In this document: one piece after another, positions 20,566 through 33,626 of the stretch | Layout of the letters: each line of letters opens with the position of its first letter | How positions within the stretch are numbered: the first letter of the stretch is position 1 | Made by a program: the position numbers and the translations under genes | The notes under the pieces: generated by a model | Databases searched by the model: none | What the model was told of the DNA's origin: nothing | The model's input: the letters and a program-made list of their open reading frames with translations, nothing else | DNA from: Daphnia carinata | Taxonomy: Eukaryota | Assembly (NCBI RefSeq): GCF_022539665.2 | Contig: NC_081333.1 | Location: forward strand, 9,238,001-9,302,000 | Reading direction: 5' to 3' | Length of the DNA: 64,000 nt

Positions 20566-22605
20566 TTATCTTGTAAGTCTCATGAAAAAAGCGTGTTTAC
20601 ACTGAGTTGAATCAGCTGTGAAATATTTATCGTAGAAGTCCACAACAAATTCTTGAACTTTAAAACCAAATTTATGGTATAAATTCATGGCTGGATTAGT
20701 AGCGGAAACGTGTAGGGTAACATCTTTACCCATACAGCTCTGGAAAAAAAATATATAAAAATATCATATGTATATATTGTTAACGTTTGTTGCGCCGTGA
20801 AATTGTTTGCACTAACTTGAATCAAATGGTAGAGCATGAATTTGGCAATTCCTGCATTTCTCCATTCAGGATGTGTGAACAAGTAGGTTACGTAAGCTTC
20901 ATTGTATGAGACATCAGGTACCATAAATGCAAATCCAATGATGACGTGGCCATAGAGTACTACGCAGCTGAAATCCGGGTATTCCAAGCATTCCGTTACT
21001 AGAAGATTAACATGAGAAATTGCAGTAGAATCAAACGTAAGAAAAAACGGACGCTTTTATGGTGATAAAAAAATTGCACTTTCTCACCATCGATTCCTGA
21101 CCAGAAAAACTCCTTACAAATTGCATTGACTGCGGGAATGTGTTGAGGTTGTACATAACAATAATCGATCGGTTTCAAAACAGAGTTCCTTATCTCAGCG
21201 CTCGCACATTTACTACGAATTTCTTCAAGAAGCTTTAACTTCAAAGGGCGAGATTCGTAGTCTCTCCGTATGAAAGGCTTGAGAGTTCTACATTCCAGGT
21301 TTGGAGGACAACAATGAATCAGGATTTTTAAGTGCATGAACATAAGACATACTTAAAAAATGATTGTTACCTTCCCGTATAAGGACTAACAAACGATTGC
21401 GGAATCTGGTCTTCACTTGTGCCAAGGAGTCTCGTTCGGAAAGAAATATTAAGCCGTGTTTGCGATAAAGCAGCCGATAGGTTGTTTTTTTGGAATCGAT
21501 CAAGGACGTTGGAAATGCCGACTATTTGGTTTGGCATTTCGCTATTGCTAGTTGGACACAGCCATTCTCTTCCCAAGAGTTTAGCCATAAGTCTATCGAA
21601 GTTGAATGGTTCCACACCGATAGATCGTCTAGTATTTCTCAGCGATAGCTTTCTGTATAACCGTCTAAGTTCAGGACTGAGAGTATTTTTTTCCGCCAAT
21701 GGTCGAAGTTGGCGAAGAAGAGACATTTCTTCATACAAAGACATCTGCCTTAATCTATGTAAATTATAAAAATAAACTGTGAGGCAAAGGTGACAGAATA
21801 TTGATAGAAATTTCTACTTTGATGGAGCTGCTGTTTCATTTGGCTCTTGTTTGATTTTTCTTCTTGGAATCTTTTTCACTTGTTCTGTACTATTATCACT
21901 TGACTTTGGTTGTTCAGGGTCGACAGGCTCTTCTTTAATGGGAAAAAGGCTATTAAGGCTGAAGCCAGTTCCATCACTTATGTTGATTGTTGTGTCAAAA
22001 TTGTTTGTGTCAAGAGAAAACGATTTTGTCTCATCATCATTTTCAGTAAACAGATTTTCAGGTAGTACATCAGATGGTGTAAGATCTTCTCTTGTCCAAT
22101 ACTTATTCTGAATATCTGAAGCTGAAAATGAACTTAATGAATTTTCATTGGAATTGCTGTCATTTGTAACTGAAATAGGTGAATTTGATCGACTGTTTTC
22201 AACATTTATATCCTGGATTGCCTCTTCCACAATAACTTCTTGGAACACATCAAAGTTTGATCCATAAATGATATCTTCAGAACCAAATATTGAAGATGTG
22301 CTGCTTGCTTGAGGTTCTAATTTAATTTTCTTAACTGATCCATCAACCTTCAAAGTAACTGCTGATGGGTTTGCCTGCAAAGTAATAGTTAATCGGCTGA
22401 GAATAAGATTTATTACAAATGTTAAAATTTGCATTGACAAGTCTAGCAAAAAACGTAGGTATGTGCATTTCACAATTTGTCATGAGAGCTTCATTTAAGA
22501 AAGTTTTCATCACCAAACTGCATGTGGAATGTAAGTAACATTACTTACCGGAGGTCTGCCTCTGCCTCTTCCTCCCCTACTACCACGTTTCTTTCCTCGT
22601 GGCAT
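20566..22605 (-). CDS. KAT14: Cysteine-rich protein 2-binding protein / ATAC complex acetyltransferase
   Basis: RRLYRKLSLR, SPYTGRTLKPFIRRDYESRPLKLKLL, PIDYCYVQPQHIPAVNAICKEFFWSGID, GNAT motif HPEWRNAGIAKFMLYHLIQ and the end KHAFFMRLTR*. Confidence 0.92.
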
Positions 22606-23296
22606 TTTTATTGAAACTTGTTTACGTTTTTGATTTTCCAGTAGATTTGTTTAAATATTGGAAAATACCATCGCCGTCGACTTTACGATGGTTCAGGCAT
22701 TTAATCACACCTATTGTTTCATACGAATAATTCTGCTTCTCAAAAAAATAGCACTTTCTTTTAAGAATTCCGTTTTGTGGTCATCGATACTCGTTGTAAA
22801 GCAGACGAATTAATCTTGGCGCCCAACAACATTGAATATAAAAGTTCAGTTAAGAATCTCGTTTGTCGATTTCTCTTGTTCAGCGGCGACAGATGCTGTC
22901 CATCTCCGGTATCAGCTGTTTTAATATTCAAAACATTTGAATAAAATTTTTTGTAATAAAAACACTCAGCATACGCTTCCATATTAATCGCGTTTGAGCA
23001 TTGCATTGTACAACCTTTGCCGCGTGAAGTAGCTATCAGCGCATGTAGTTATTAACATATTATTGCGTCATAAGACAAACGGATAATTTCTCGATGTCCA
23101 TTTTAATCAAGTCACATTGTAAGCGTGGAAAACTAAGCAGACATTTACTGCACTATGATGCATGCAATAATAGTAACAAATATCTGTCAGTCAAATCCCT
23201 CATACGAACTGCATAAATGTCGCGGATGTATTAAATCCAACAAAAACGTGCTTCTCACGATACAGAGAAATTAAAAAATTGATTACTTCAATTGCA

Positions 23297-25153
23297 TCAT
23301 TCGGCAGCCTTCTTCTTCTTCTTTTTCTTCTTCTCAACAGTTTCGGTAGGAGCTGCTGCTTCTACTTCAACAGGCTCAGGTGCCTCTTCCGCTGCTTCCT
23401 CAGACTTTGATTTCTTCTTTTTCTTGCTTTTCTTTTCCACAACTTCTTCAGCAGCTGAGACTGGAGTTTCTTCTGTAACCTCCATCTTAGCGCGTTTTGG
23501 AGTGGTGGCAGCTCCGGCTTCATCTACCTTGCGTTTAACCGGAAGCGTGGAGTCCGCACCAGCATCATATTGTCTAACCTCGCTCTTGTTCTGATACACG
23601 TCAAATTTACCACTCTGCCTTCCAGTGCCTGATATACGCGTTTGGCCTCCTTGTTCAAGAACCCTCATACGTGATTCAAGTTTGGCACGATGTTCCGTAC
23701 CGAGGTCTGTGTTAACGTCATCACCCAATGCGTCGACACGGCACGCAAGGGCAGCTTTAGCCGCAAGCATACGTGAAACTTTACCCTTTAGCTTGGTGGA
23801 CGACTGGCCTACAAGCTGCGCATGGTAAATAAGACCATACTTCGGCGTATCATGTTTAGTTTTAAGTGCCCGGAAAAGAGCTTTTTCAGCACCGAGAATC
23901 TGGACCGTTGAAGCTGGATGTTTGGCTAAGTTCATTAAGGATCCGGCATGAGAGATGAGGCGTGCGCCAACCAGTTCACCAACAAGAACCGTCAAATTTG
24001 GAGCGATGGCAAGCATTCTGCTTTTCAAATATTCATACAACTGACTGCGATATTCGGTAATTTCAATGACCTGTACGGATAAGATTAGTTAGAAAAATAT
24101 AAGCTATTTAACAGAAGAGTAACGTACTTGTTCGCACAAGTGAGAAATATTTATAATATCTTCATCTGCAATTTCCGTTCCCATTGAAATTTCAGCAGCT
24201 TCCTTGATTTTTTCCTCGACGTCTTCTGGAAGAATTTCAGACAAATCGGTTGTTGCGGCATTCGTTCTCATTCCCATTGTTTGTACGGTTCGAACAAACG
24301 CCAAGTTGTCGGTAATAATTTTGCCCATTTCGGGAAAATGCCAACCATACCATTCTCGACAACGCATCACATAATTATTCAACTCTTTGTCCAAATCATC
24401 CAAGAGGGAAACAGCCTGCTCAAAGTAAGAATTAATAACACATTAAGAATGTGGTTAAAGACCACACTCATGGTACCTGAACAATCATAGTGTCAATTTT
24501 GTCAGGACTGAACTTCAGCTTGTATCGAGACAAGCTGTGGGCTAGACCTAAGGCCATAGCCATCATTTCTTGCTTGGGAAGTCCTCCCATGAGACTGTCT
24601 GCCTGGCTTCGAATGCATCGCATTAACTCTTGAATAGCAGAATTTGACAGGCAGTTAATCTGTAATTTTTCTGTAAAAAAAAAAAAACAAAGAATTTTTT
24701 ATTAATTCTACATCAGTATATCAACTGTAATTACCTTTGATAGCTGAACCAAGTTTGGCATCAGCAACAGCTAAGGCTTCATGAGCCTCTTCAGCAAAGA
24801 GGGTCTTTAGCGTCTTGCGGAGAGTCTTGGAAAGCTTTCCTTCAATTGCAGCTGTTGTGGCTGACAATGCTTCTGTGGTGTCAGTGAACTTTTGGAAATG
24901 CTTCAACTTTACCCTTCAAATAGTAAAGACTATAAGCAAAGCATGGTTTACATAAAATCAGATTGGTTACTCACACTTTACTTGCTCCCTGAGGAGTCTG
25001 AAAATCTTGAAAAAGATTGTCGGTTTGCTGCAGTTTCTTTTCGTCCAACAACTATGAAACAAGATTATTAGGTAACTTCCGTGTACAAAGGTTAAATTAA
25101 CGCTCTACCTTAAATACAGCGTAACCCGCAGGGGTCTCAAATAATACGAGCAT
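23297..25153 (-). CDS. NOP58: Nucleolar protein 58 (box C/D snoRNP core protein)
   Basis: [15 protein letters not shown] start, [66 protein letters not shown] and a Lys-rich tail. Confidence 0.97.
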
Positions 25154-25947
25154 TTTTGTATAAAACGTGTCTCTGGTGCTGCCTTATTGTACTCAACCAG
25201 ACACACGTGGTCGGGTATTCGGAAATGCGGAAAAATGACTTTCATGCAGAAAGGATTCCACAGAACACAGCATTGCCGATTTGCCTTCAGATTTCTTTTG
25301 AGACGATATTACTAATCAGCAACCAGTAGTCCAAAATGCGCAAACAGGAAAATTTCCCATAGACGACCATAATTTTGGTTTCGACAGAAAATCTTACTTC
25401 AATATTATAAGCCATTTCGAAAATTTTTTATTCTACCACTACTTTGTGATTCCGTAGAAAGAGTTATCTAAAAGAACTTATCAAAAGAAATTTGACCTTG
25501 ACTGTGAAAAAATTGTAAAAGATTCAGAGTAAAAAGCGGTACAAACCGGGTACGTACAGTACATGAAATCGGTATCGTTTTTCATTACCCGGATAAGTGT
25601 AAGGTCATTACTCACACCCGGGTAGGTGGTGGGTTTGGTTAAAAAAAAACGTAGAACCGTTACCCGCTGGATCCTATTCTTTAGATAACACTATCTACCC
25701 ATGTGGCCCAAATACCTAGCAATTGGACACGGGGCTGAGCCCAATTCCACTTTTCCACATTTTCCACCCGAGAAATTGAGGAAGCAAAAAAGCCAAGGTA
25801 ATGGTTTGACAACGTTGTAGCTTTTTAATGGAGTTTCTATAAAGGAGTTGTAGTAAACAATTTGTGTCAAAACTTTCACAAGGTTCATTTTTGTTGTTAT
25901 CGTTCGTCTGCACGTAGACTTAAAGAATTGTAAACGAGCTGGTGAAA

Positions 25948-26671
25948 ATGGACAACAACCGTTTTATATCTCGACTACACCCTCTTGCAGCGGCTCGTAA
26001 ATCTATACACAACACTGTTCCGTCTGAAATGCATCGGTCAACCAATACCATTCGACGATGCGCAACCAAAATCACCTCAGACGAGCAACGTGCCAAAGCT
26101 CGTGAACATCAAAAGAGATGGAGAGAAAAACTCAAAACTGATGTAGCCAAAAGTGCCGAATATAGAGAGATGCAGCGAGAAAGGACCAGGTACTTATTCA
26201 GATACTCTGATTGAATTCAACTATGGTTCTGTATAACATGGGTTTTGTGTTGCCGCTTGTAGGATGTGGAAGGAGAAAATGAGAATCAATGAGGCAGAAA
26301 GATTTGGAGAGATCAGCAAGCGGCATCAGGAACAATGCAAAAAGTGGTGGGATAAGCTGACTCCAGAGCAGAGGAGGGAAAAGAGGAAGCAATATAATCT
26401 CAAGTGGCGACAGAATCAAAAGAAGGGGGATAGTGACTCTTCTGACAGTAAAGAGACAGATACATGGCAATCATATAAGTCGTACAATCAAGCCTTGTCA
26501 GAAAATGATTCAGGGCCTAAACCTGCAACTCCACTACCACCCCCTGATTATTATTCCAAAAGTAATGGACCAGTGTTCAATGTTGTGTCTGGCAGTGTAG
26601 TATATCCTTTCTCCTATTTTCCTTTCAGATGCCAGATACAAGATTCCGTTCAAAGAGGAACCGCTTCATAG
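25948..26671 (+). CDS. Uncharacterised basic, helical repeat protein
   Basis: Two ORFs join in frame through a GT-AG intron (~26190-26262). Repeated (H/M/K)Q..(K/M)W(R/K/W)(E/D/Q)K-type units. The 3' end is uncertain (possible extra intron before ~26629). Confidence 0.55.
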
Positions 26672-27085
26672 AAACACTTGGATATTGCAAGCTTTTCCTT
26701 TCGGGGGTCGTTAAATTAAGAACTTAGAAAAGAATCTCTTCCCCCCTTCGTGAATGTTCGGAATAAAAAAAAAAAACTAAAAAAAAAATCTATGAAGAGC
26801 TATATTGTTTGTATTTGTAACTGTGAAAGAGCTGAGTATTGATCAGAGACGAAACGTCTTCGCCTCTGGTTTGTATAGTTGGGTTTTGTGCTCATGACAT
26901 TTGTACCATTTGTTTGGGAAAATAAATCTTTAGTTTTAACTTGAAAAATACTACCTTAATAGTTAACAGAACAAAATTTCAATTGAAAAGTAAAGGAAAA
27001 CGCCAAAATGTTTGTGAATTTGTTCTTATTTTCCAATATTAATTTTCGATAATAACAGGTTATCCCACCCCCCGGAAACCCTTTA

Positions 27086-27434
27086 TTACGGACAAGTTGA
27101 AGATAATTCCAAAATTTTTTCAGCAGTTACCTCCTCATTAGAGCAGTGTTTCACACATATTTTGTTGTTCTGTTACATATTTCCGAGAAATTTGGTTAAA
27201 AACTTGTGAGAGTCCACAGAGCTACTAATTTCAATCACTTTTTCGTGTTTCGGTTTTACTTATATCCGGAAAGGAGTCTGCGAATTTTGTACCATCATGA
27301 GTTGATACTAGGCAGAGGTGTGCTAATCTCAGACAGGTACGCTTTTCTACTTTTCGCTGAATTTTCTCTTTTCTCGCAAAAGTTACGTGCACAGCCAAAC
27401 ATAAAATCAAGGCTATGGCTAATCGCTGAAGCAT
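27086..27434 (-). CDS. Candidate small secreted Cys-containing prepropeptide
   Basis: MLQRLAIALILCLAVHVTFA (signal-like), basic pro-region RKEKIQRKVEKR, then TCLRLAHLCL. TATA-like TATATTAAAAG lies about 55 nt upstream. The downstream exon is uncertain. Confidence 0.4.
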
Positions 27435-28022
27435 AATATGTGGATACCATTGAAACGTAAGGGAAACTTTAAATCAACTCCAGTCTTTTAATATAGGTAA
27501 ACTGATGCAGCCACTAGATCCGGTGGCTGCATACAAAATTAGTAGCCTTACTTTGAAAATCCTTGTTGTGTTTGCCTGGTTTCAGTGCATACGTCTCAAT
27601 AATGGCGGACGTTAAAAAAGTAATGAATCGATGCCGTGTAGGTCTCCAGACCGCAAATTTATCGTTGAACATGCAAACACTTTTAAAGTTGGAGCCACCA
27701 TTTTTTTTATATAGAGCAAAAAAAAATGAAGCCGACAGAGTTGCCATTGGGAAAGAACTTGTTTGCCTAAATTTTCCTTGTTTGTGATTGGTGCAACTAA
27801 AAGGAGGAATGGGGAGAGAAAGAAGGTTGAAGCCCTTAATGCATGGAAAGGTTGTGCCTTGCGATATGACCTCGCCACTAGTCTTTTTTTCAGCAGTTGC
27901 TTTTGAAACTTCGAAGGTGTTGCAACGACTGGCACGCGACTAGTTGTACATATTCTGCACACTCTATACCTACACACCAGTGACTGAACCCAATATCTAT
28001 CCGGTCATCTTGAATAAGTAGT

Positions 28023-30656
28023 ATGGTAAGTGCATCGTACAGAGAGTGCCTTTCGAATTACACATATATTAGGGAATGTGTTTTTTGGGAAGCAAAGTAA
28101 TGTTAGTTGCAGATAAATGGTTCTGTTCATTCTGTAACAATTTTTGCTTTTGCGATTGCACGCGACCATGTCGCCTGATCAATTCTCTAAGGGGTACAGT
28201 TCTACTAGTTGAATAGATCAAGTACATATGTAGTTCAGAATTTTTTTAGATCTAGAACTTCCATTCCAAACTTTTTTTCTCATTTTGCTACTCTAAAAGG
28301 GAGGATTGGTCAGCTAAATGTGACCTTGATTTATATTTTCGTGAGGGTGCGGGAGGGTGGGTAACATTTTTGGTCGCGCGTGTTCCCTCCACATTTTGCA
28401 GAAAAGTGCGGTGGTTCAAGGCCATGCTAACGCAACCCGAACTTTTCGCGACCACGTGGGTTGCTATGATATACCGACACAAAAGAAAACTTGATCTTTC
28501 CCTATCAACAGTCCGAAAAGATTGCAAGTCACAGTGGAGTCACCCGACACAATGACGTATCATCCAGTTCACCACCTTCAAATGCACCCGGACGACTGAT
28601 ATCAAATCGAGTTTTTGTTGGCAATATCCCGCCGAATCTTGTTGAACGTGATCTTATCATGCTGTTCCATCGGTTTGGTAAGATTCGCGACGTCAAAATC
28701 ATACCAGAACACACACGCAACAAGTCTTATGGCTTTGTTACTTTCTTCAGCGAAGCCGACGCCAGACGAGCCATACAAGTATTATTTTCTAAATCTGAAT
28801 TTTATACTACTATTTGTATTATTGATTCCGTATTTAAGGCTTCAGTGCAACATGATTGTGTAATGTGGGGAGACCGTAAACTTAACGTTGCTCCAGCAAT
28901 TAAACGGGTCAACAGTAACAATCACGGTTCACCGGTAAACAATAAGTAAATGTCTCTTACAAACTAATTGATTAATTCGATTTTGCAGTCATCTAGTTCA
29001 AACGGCTTTTATCAGCCTTCTCGACTTGCCAATAATCCTTACTATGCCAATCCAGTGCCAGTGCCTGCAGCAAACACGATGTACACCAACACAGGAGTTG
29101 TGTCGCCTGTTGATGTACAACCTCAGATCGATCACGGACAAGTCGATTCCAGCAATAATGCGATGTATCAGTCAGCAATGATTTGCCGTTTGCCTCATCA
29201 ATATGCCATGGTTTTCCTTTTTAATTTAATCGTTTTTCATAGCGGGAATTTTTGTAATAATTTGATTGTTTAACATTCATTCGTCAGACGCAGTGCCATC
29301 AGTATTCTTCGTCTTCCAGTGGCCACTATTTCGTCTCCCCTGGATTCCAGCCTTACGTCCAGGTAATGGTCTGAATTCTACGTACATTATCAATTGAGGT
29401 TAACCTATCTGAATATCCAGTCTGGGACTCCAATTCCAGCTGGTCACCAAGCAGCGCACTATGCCTCTTATGCGAGCATCACGGCTGTGCCGTTGACACC
29501 ACCGTGCTCGTCAGCTTCTCGAGATAACAGCGTGGTCATGGACGGCCAATCAGACGTGTGCGCAGATAGCAGTGCCGGTGATGGCGGCAATAGCAGTCAG
29601 GTAGATCTGCCTTTGCGAGACGACATGCACACCCAATTTAGAATTCCTTACGATCATGCACCAGTCTACTACCTCAAAGTCTTCGTCGCCCCAGCACCAC
29701 TTCGTTAAAAAAGTAATCTGCACCTTTCAAAATCACCAGTGGCTGACGCTTTTCATTTATTCTCAAGTATTTATTTCAATCTACGCAAAATTTTAAATCC
29801 CCATTTATGTCATACCCTGTAGTCCCTACTTTTGTTTTTAACCTGTTGCACCATTGCAATGTGAAGGTGACGAAAAGTTCGTAGTGATATTCACTGCTGT
29901 ATACAGGGTGGTGGTGGAGGAGTAGAAAAGAACGCTGTTGAAGATTTGGGGAACGAGCCTAGTAATGAAGCTGGCCAGCTTCACCAAACTTCTCTCACCA
30001 ATGATTCTCCTTATCCGCTTCACACTACCATCATGTGTTGTCCACATCATTCTTGTATGTTGAGCCCTATATCACCCATTCAGCATTTGCCAAACCAAGC
30101 CGTTGCAGCGGCTGGTCTTGCACGTTCTTGTCTGTCACTTCACGGTCATCCGACAGCCAATTGTCCTTACCCTCCAAATTCTCCGCTAATTTACAGTTCT
30201 CCAATTGTATACAATCCAGCACGCCGTTCTTCGTCCGCGCGCCTTCAGCGTTGGAATTCTCTTGACGCAAATTTGACAGGTCTTAGCCATCACCCACATC
30301 AGAATGGTTATTGGGGTAACGAAACAGCTTGGTCCCGCCCGTCGTTACTGGACGATTCGTACGGCTCAGAAGCAGGTCTTTATCAAGGACCTAGAGGATT
30401 CGAAAGGCCTCTAAGGCCCGCTTTTTCATGTCAGTCCCATCACGGAGGTATGTTTTCGCCCTTTTGTCGCTCGTTCGAGTACAATATTTGGGGCCAAGGC
30501 CATGCCCCCAACAGCGGAAGCCCAGACTACGCTGATCAGTCCGGCAGTCCTAATACGAGTGCCACCTCCCAGGTGGGCATGCCTGCCCAATCTCATTCCA
30601 ATCTGGCCCTGAATGAAACAGGCACGGAACAGGTGCAACAACATCCGAAGAAGTAA
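28023..30656 (+). CDS. boule: Boule/DAZ-family RRM RNA-binding protein (divergent)
   Basis: GRLISNRVFVGNI...VKII...KSYGFVTF...DRKLNVAPAIKR is a Boule-type RRM, followed by a Pro/Gln/Tyr/Ser-rich tail. The start is inferred from ATG|GTAAGT at 28023 splicing to CAG| at 28511. Confidence 0.72.
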
Positions 30657-32172
30657 ATATTATTTTTTGTCGTATTATTTGATCATAATTCGAACCGATA
30701 AAGAGGATTAAGCAGATTTTTCTATTATTGAATACCTTTCAGTTAATCTATTATTTTTCCCTTCCACAATTGATTGTGCTTTACCTACTAACACAATCCA
30801 TGCTAATGATTTTCGTTTTGTCTCCAAATACTCCGATCCAACCATTCTCATATGCAAGTAGTTTTCATTTTTGTCGTATCTATACCCTATGAGAAAGGAG
30901 GTGGTTTGGTAAAAGTGACAATTGAATCGATCCTCGTGCCTGTTTCTACTCCTTTTCTATTCGATTGGAATTCACGAATTTTTATGTTTTGAGTTTTTTT
31001 CTTTTTGCCGCCCCATATCTCCCTCTTGTCTTAATATTATGGTTAATGTGCTTTCCCACCAACTTCAAAATGCCATGTGCATTGCTTTATAAACCAGAAA
31101 CTTTTGAAAGTGTTATTTGTAATCATATAGTCTAAAACGATTCACTTGGGAATAAATATTGCATGCCACTTGATCACGAATAATCTTGAGCTAAGTTGCG
31201 ACCTATTTAAAAAATAAGCTGTACTAGTGTAAGCGTTGATTTAACCTGCCAAATAAATTCAATCTAATTATCGCCTACATTTCAAATTCAATAGTCGATG
31301 TGACCAAGTTTTAGCATCCCCTGGTTTTCTTGGTTAAGTAACAGGTATCTCCGTGTAAAACGAACTTTCAAAGCTATTTTTATTAATCATAACAAAAGAT
31401 TTGCATTTATTACCGTGAGAAAAAGCAGATAATATAATATCGTGAAGACGAGCAATTTAAAAACGGTTATGTTTTTCTTCATGTCTCCATTAATATACGC
31501 AAGAAATATACAGAGGTTGACTACGGTGCACATGAATTGACATTTTTGTTTCTTTTTGTAATTAATTTTTTCACCTATCGATGCAAAACGATATTGAATT
31601 TAGCGATAAAAGCGATTCATTAGTCTGCACCTGCATAACGTTGAAAAACGATTTTAGAAAAACCAATATTGGCAACGTTGCGTGCAAGACTGAATATGTT
31701 TTCAATTTGAGAATTATGTTCGGGCATTTCATCACAGAGAATTTTTCGTTCGTAGACTTCGTGGATCCAAACTCGGTAAAGAAAAGGATTGGTTCGATTG
31801 AATCATACTGAAAATCTACTTGAGTCAAGAATTTACTGTGATAATCTCTTTCATCGGTTGTTTAAACTGTGATTACGAATATTCGACCCAACTAAGCATT
31901 ACATTGCTCAGACAAGTAAGGCCTTTTTGTATTTTTGGAATTTGGATTAGCTCATCTTTCTCAATTGTTCAACGATTGCCTGCAACATTATTTTGCTTCG
32001 TGAATTCTTAAAAGTGTGTCACCGTAGCCAATATGCATTGCATTTGCTTGAATTGAATTGAACACCATATTATTTGAACTTAGTGAGAATTTAAAAGCAG
32101 ACCTCAGCTAAGATGTAAAATGTAGTAAAGATACCACTTTTGTTTGCAAATCTTTGTTATGTTCAGGAAACA

Positions 32173-33626
32173 ATGACAAGTCAACAACATCTTGAATTTG
32201 AGGAGGCGATTACTTGTCCAGTTTGTTTATCACGTTTCGACGAAGACGAAAAGAAGCCCAAATATCTCGTCTCTTGCTGTCACACAGTGTGTAGATTCTG
32301 TCTGGAGGTATGATGACATCACGTTAATTTGTAGATGGGTTTTGATTGTAAATTATCGTTGTTGCTATTTCCAGAGGATTTCTCGTTGTAGAACACTCAA
32401 ACGTGTCACCTGCCCAATTTGTCGTTGCCCAACGAACTGTTCAGCCGGCATTGATAGCCTTCCAACCAACAGTGATAAGCTGTATCTTTTGAAATTAGAA
32501 CAACCTTTACATAAAAACGATGATGAGGCGTATGCTTAGACTCTGTTCACACTCTTTTTTTTTAATGCTATACGACCTTTCTTTTTACAGCCTAAATTGG
32601 TGTTTTACATGCCGAAAAAGAACATCTCCGAATTGTTCCACTGAGAAGCATTCAGTTATTGTCATGAACCCGCAGCTTCTTAATAGCAATATCCAGCTTA
32701 ACGTGGAATCAATATCTGCTCGCCTTAGGGCGTGTGACCAAGCCGTTTTACAAAATCGGATTCAAATTGGCCTAAAGCTGGACCAAATGAGCATTTGGCT
32801 ATCTGCTCACCAAGAAATGATAGAGCAACTACGAACAGCCAATGCTTCACGCATTTCTCACCTAAGTGGCATAATGGGAGTATCTGATATCACTATCAGC
32901 ATACAGAAGCTGATGCAACTTTCCATCAACAAAGAAGGCGACCTTGGATTGTTAACCGATAGCTTGCAAGAGGAGGCCGTTACGAAAAAATTACTTGAAG
33001 AATTTGGGGCCGTGGAAAAAACAGCTGAAGTCACCAATATGGGTTGGTTCAATACGCGTCTTGACTTGCCTTGTGTACCACACCTTCGCAAAGAACTTGA
33101 TTTCAACAATTTCTTCGGAAACGACAAAAACATTCCTAAATGGCCAACTGTTTTACTTGACTGCTTGCTCGCAAAAGATCAAAATGGTCCTATACCTACC
33201 AAGAATCCTGTAATTAAACTTCATTTAATGACAATTGACACAATCTAACGCGGTTTTTCAGTTTCGATTAGGCACTGCAGAGGGGCGTCCTTCTTTTGAA
33301 TTGCATCAGAGAGAAAGCCGGTATTTTTCACTCCAACAAAATGCATCCGCTGCCACTAATGCCTCTTCAGCCAGCACAAACACAAGTATGGTAAAGGTTA
33401 TAATATCATTATGAAATAACATGAATAATTAGTGTGGTCAATAAAGGATCATCTACAGAAATTGTTTTGCCAAATGTTTTCCGATTGGGAACCGATGGTA
33501 GTCCTGCTGCATCCACGTCTCAGTCACCTCATAGTGGAACAAGAGATTTCATTTTGGCCCGCAGGAGACGGCGGTTCAACAATAACTCACAAAACCATTA
33601 ATGTTTTAGGATATACGCTCGTTTGA
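32173..33626 (+). CDS. RING-HC finger protein (TRIM-like N-terminus), probable E3 ligase
   Basis: Spliced EEAITCPVCLSRFDEDEKKPKYLVSCCHTVCRFCLE|RI...VTCPICR...LPTN, then WCFTC...C...H (B-box-like) and a helical region. Confidence 0.8.

Noticed and set aside
23292..23828. Plus-strand ORFs opposite NOP58, and similar antisense ORFs over KAT14, GOLGA1, Shawl and MEGF8
   Set aside because: These are shadow ORFs of real coding exons, with low-complexity translations.
24070..25110. Intronic snoRNAs in NOP58
   Set aside because: The introns are only about 55-65 nt and show no C/D box pair with a terminal stem.
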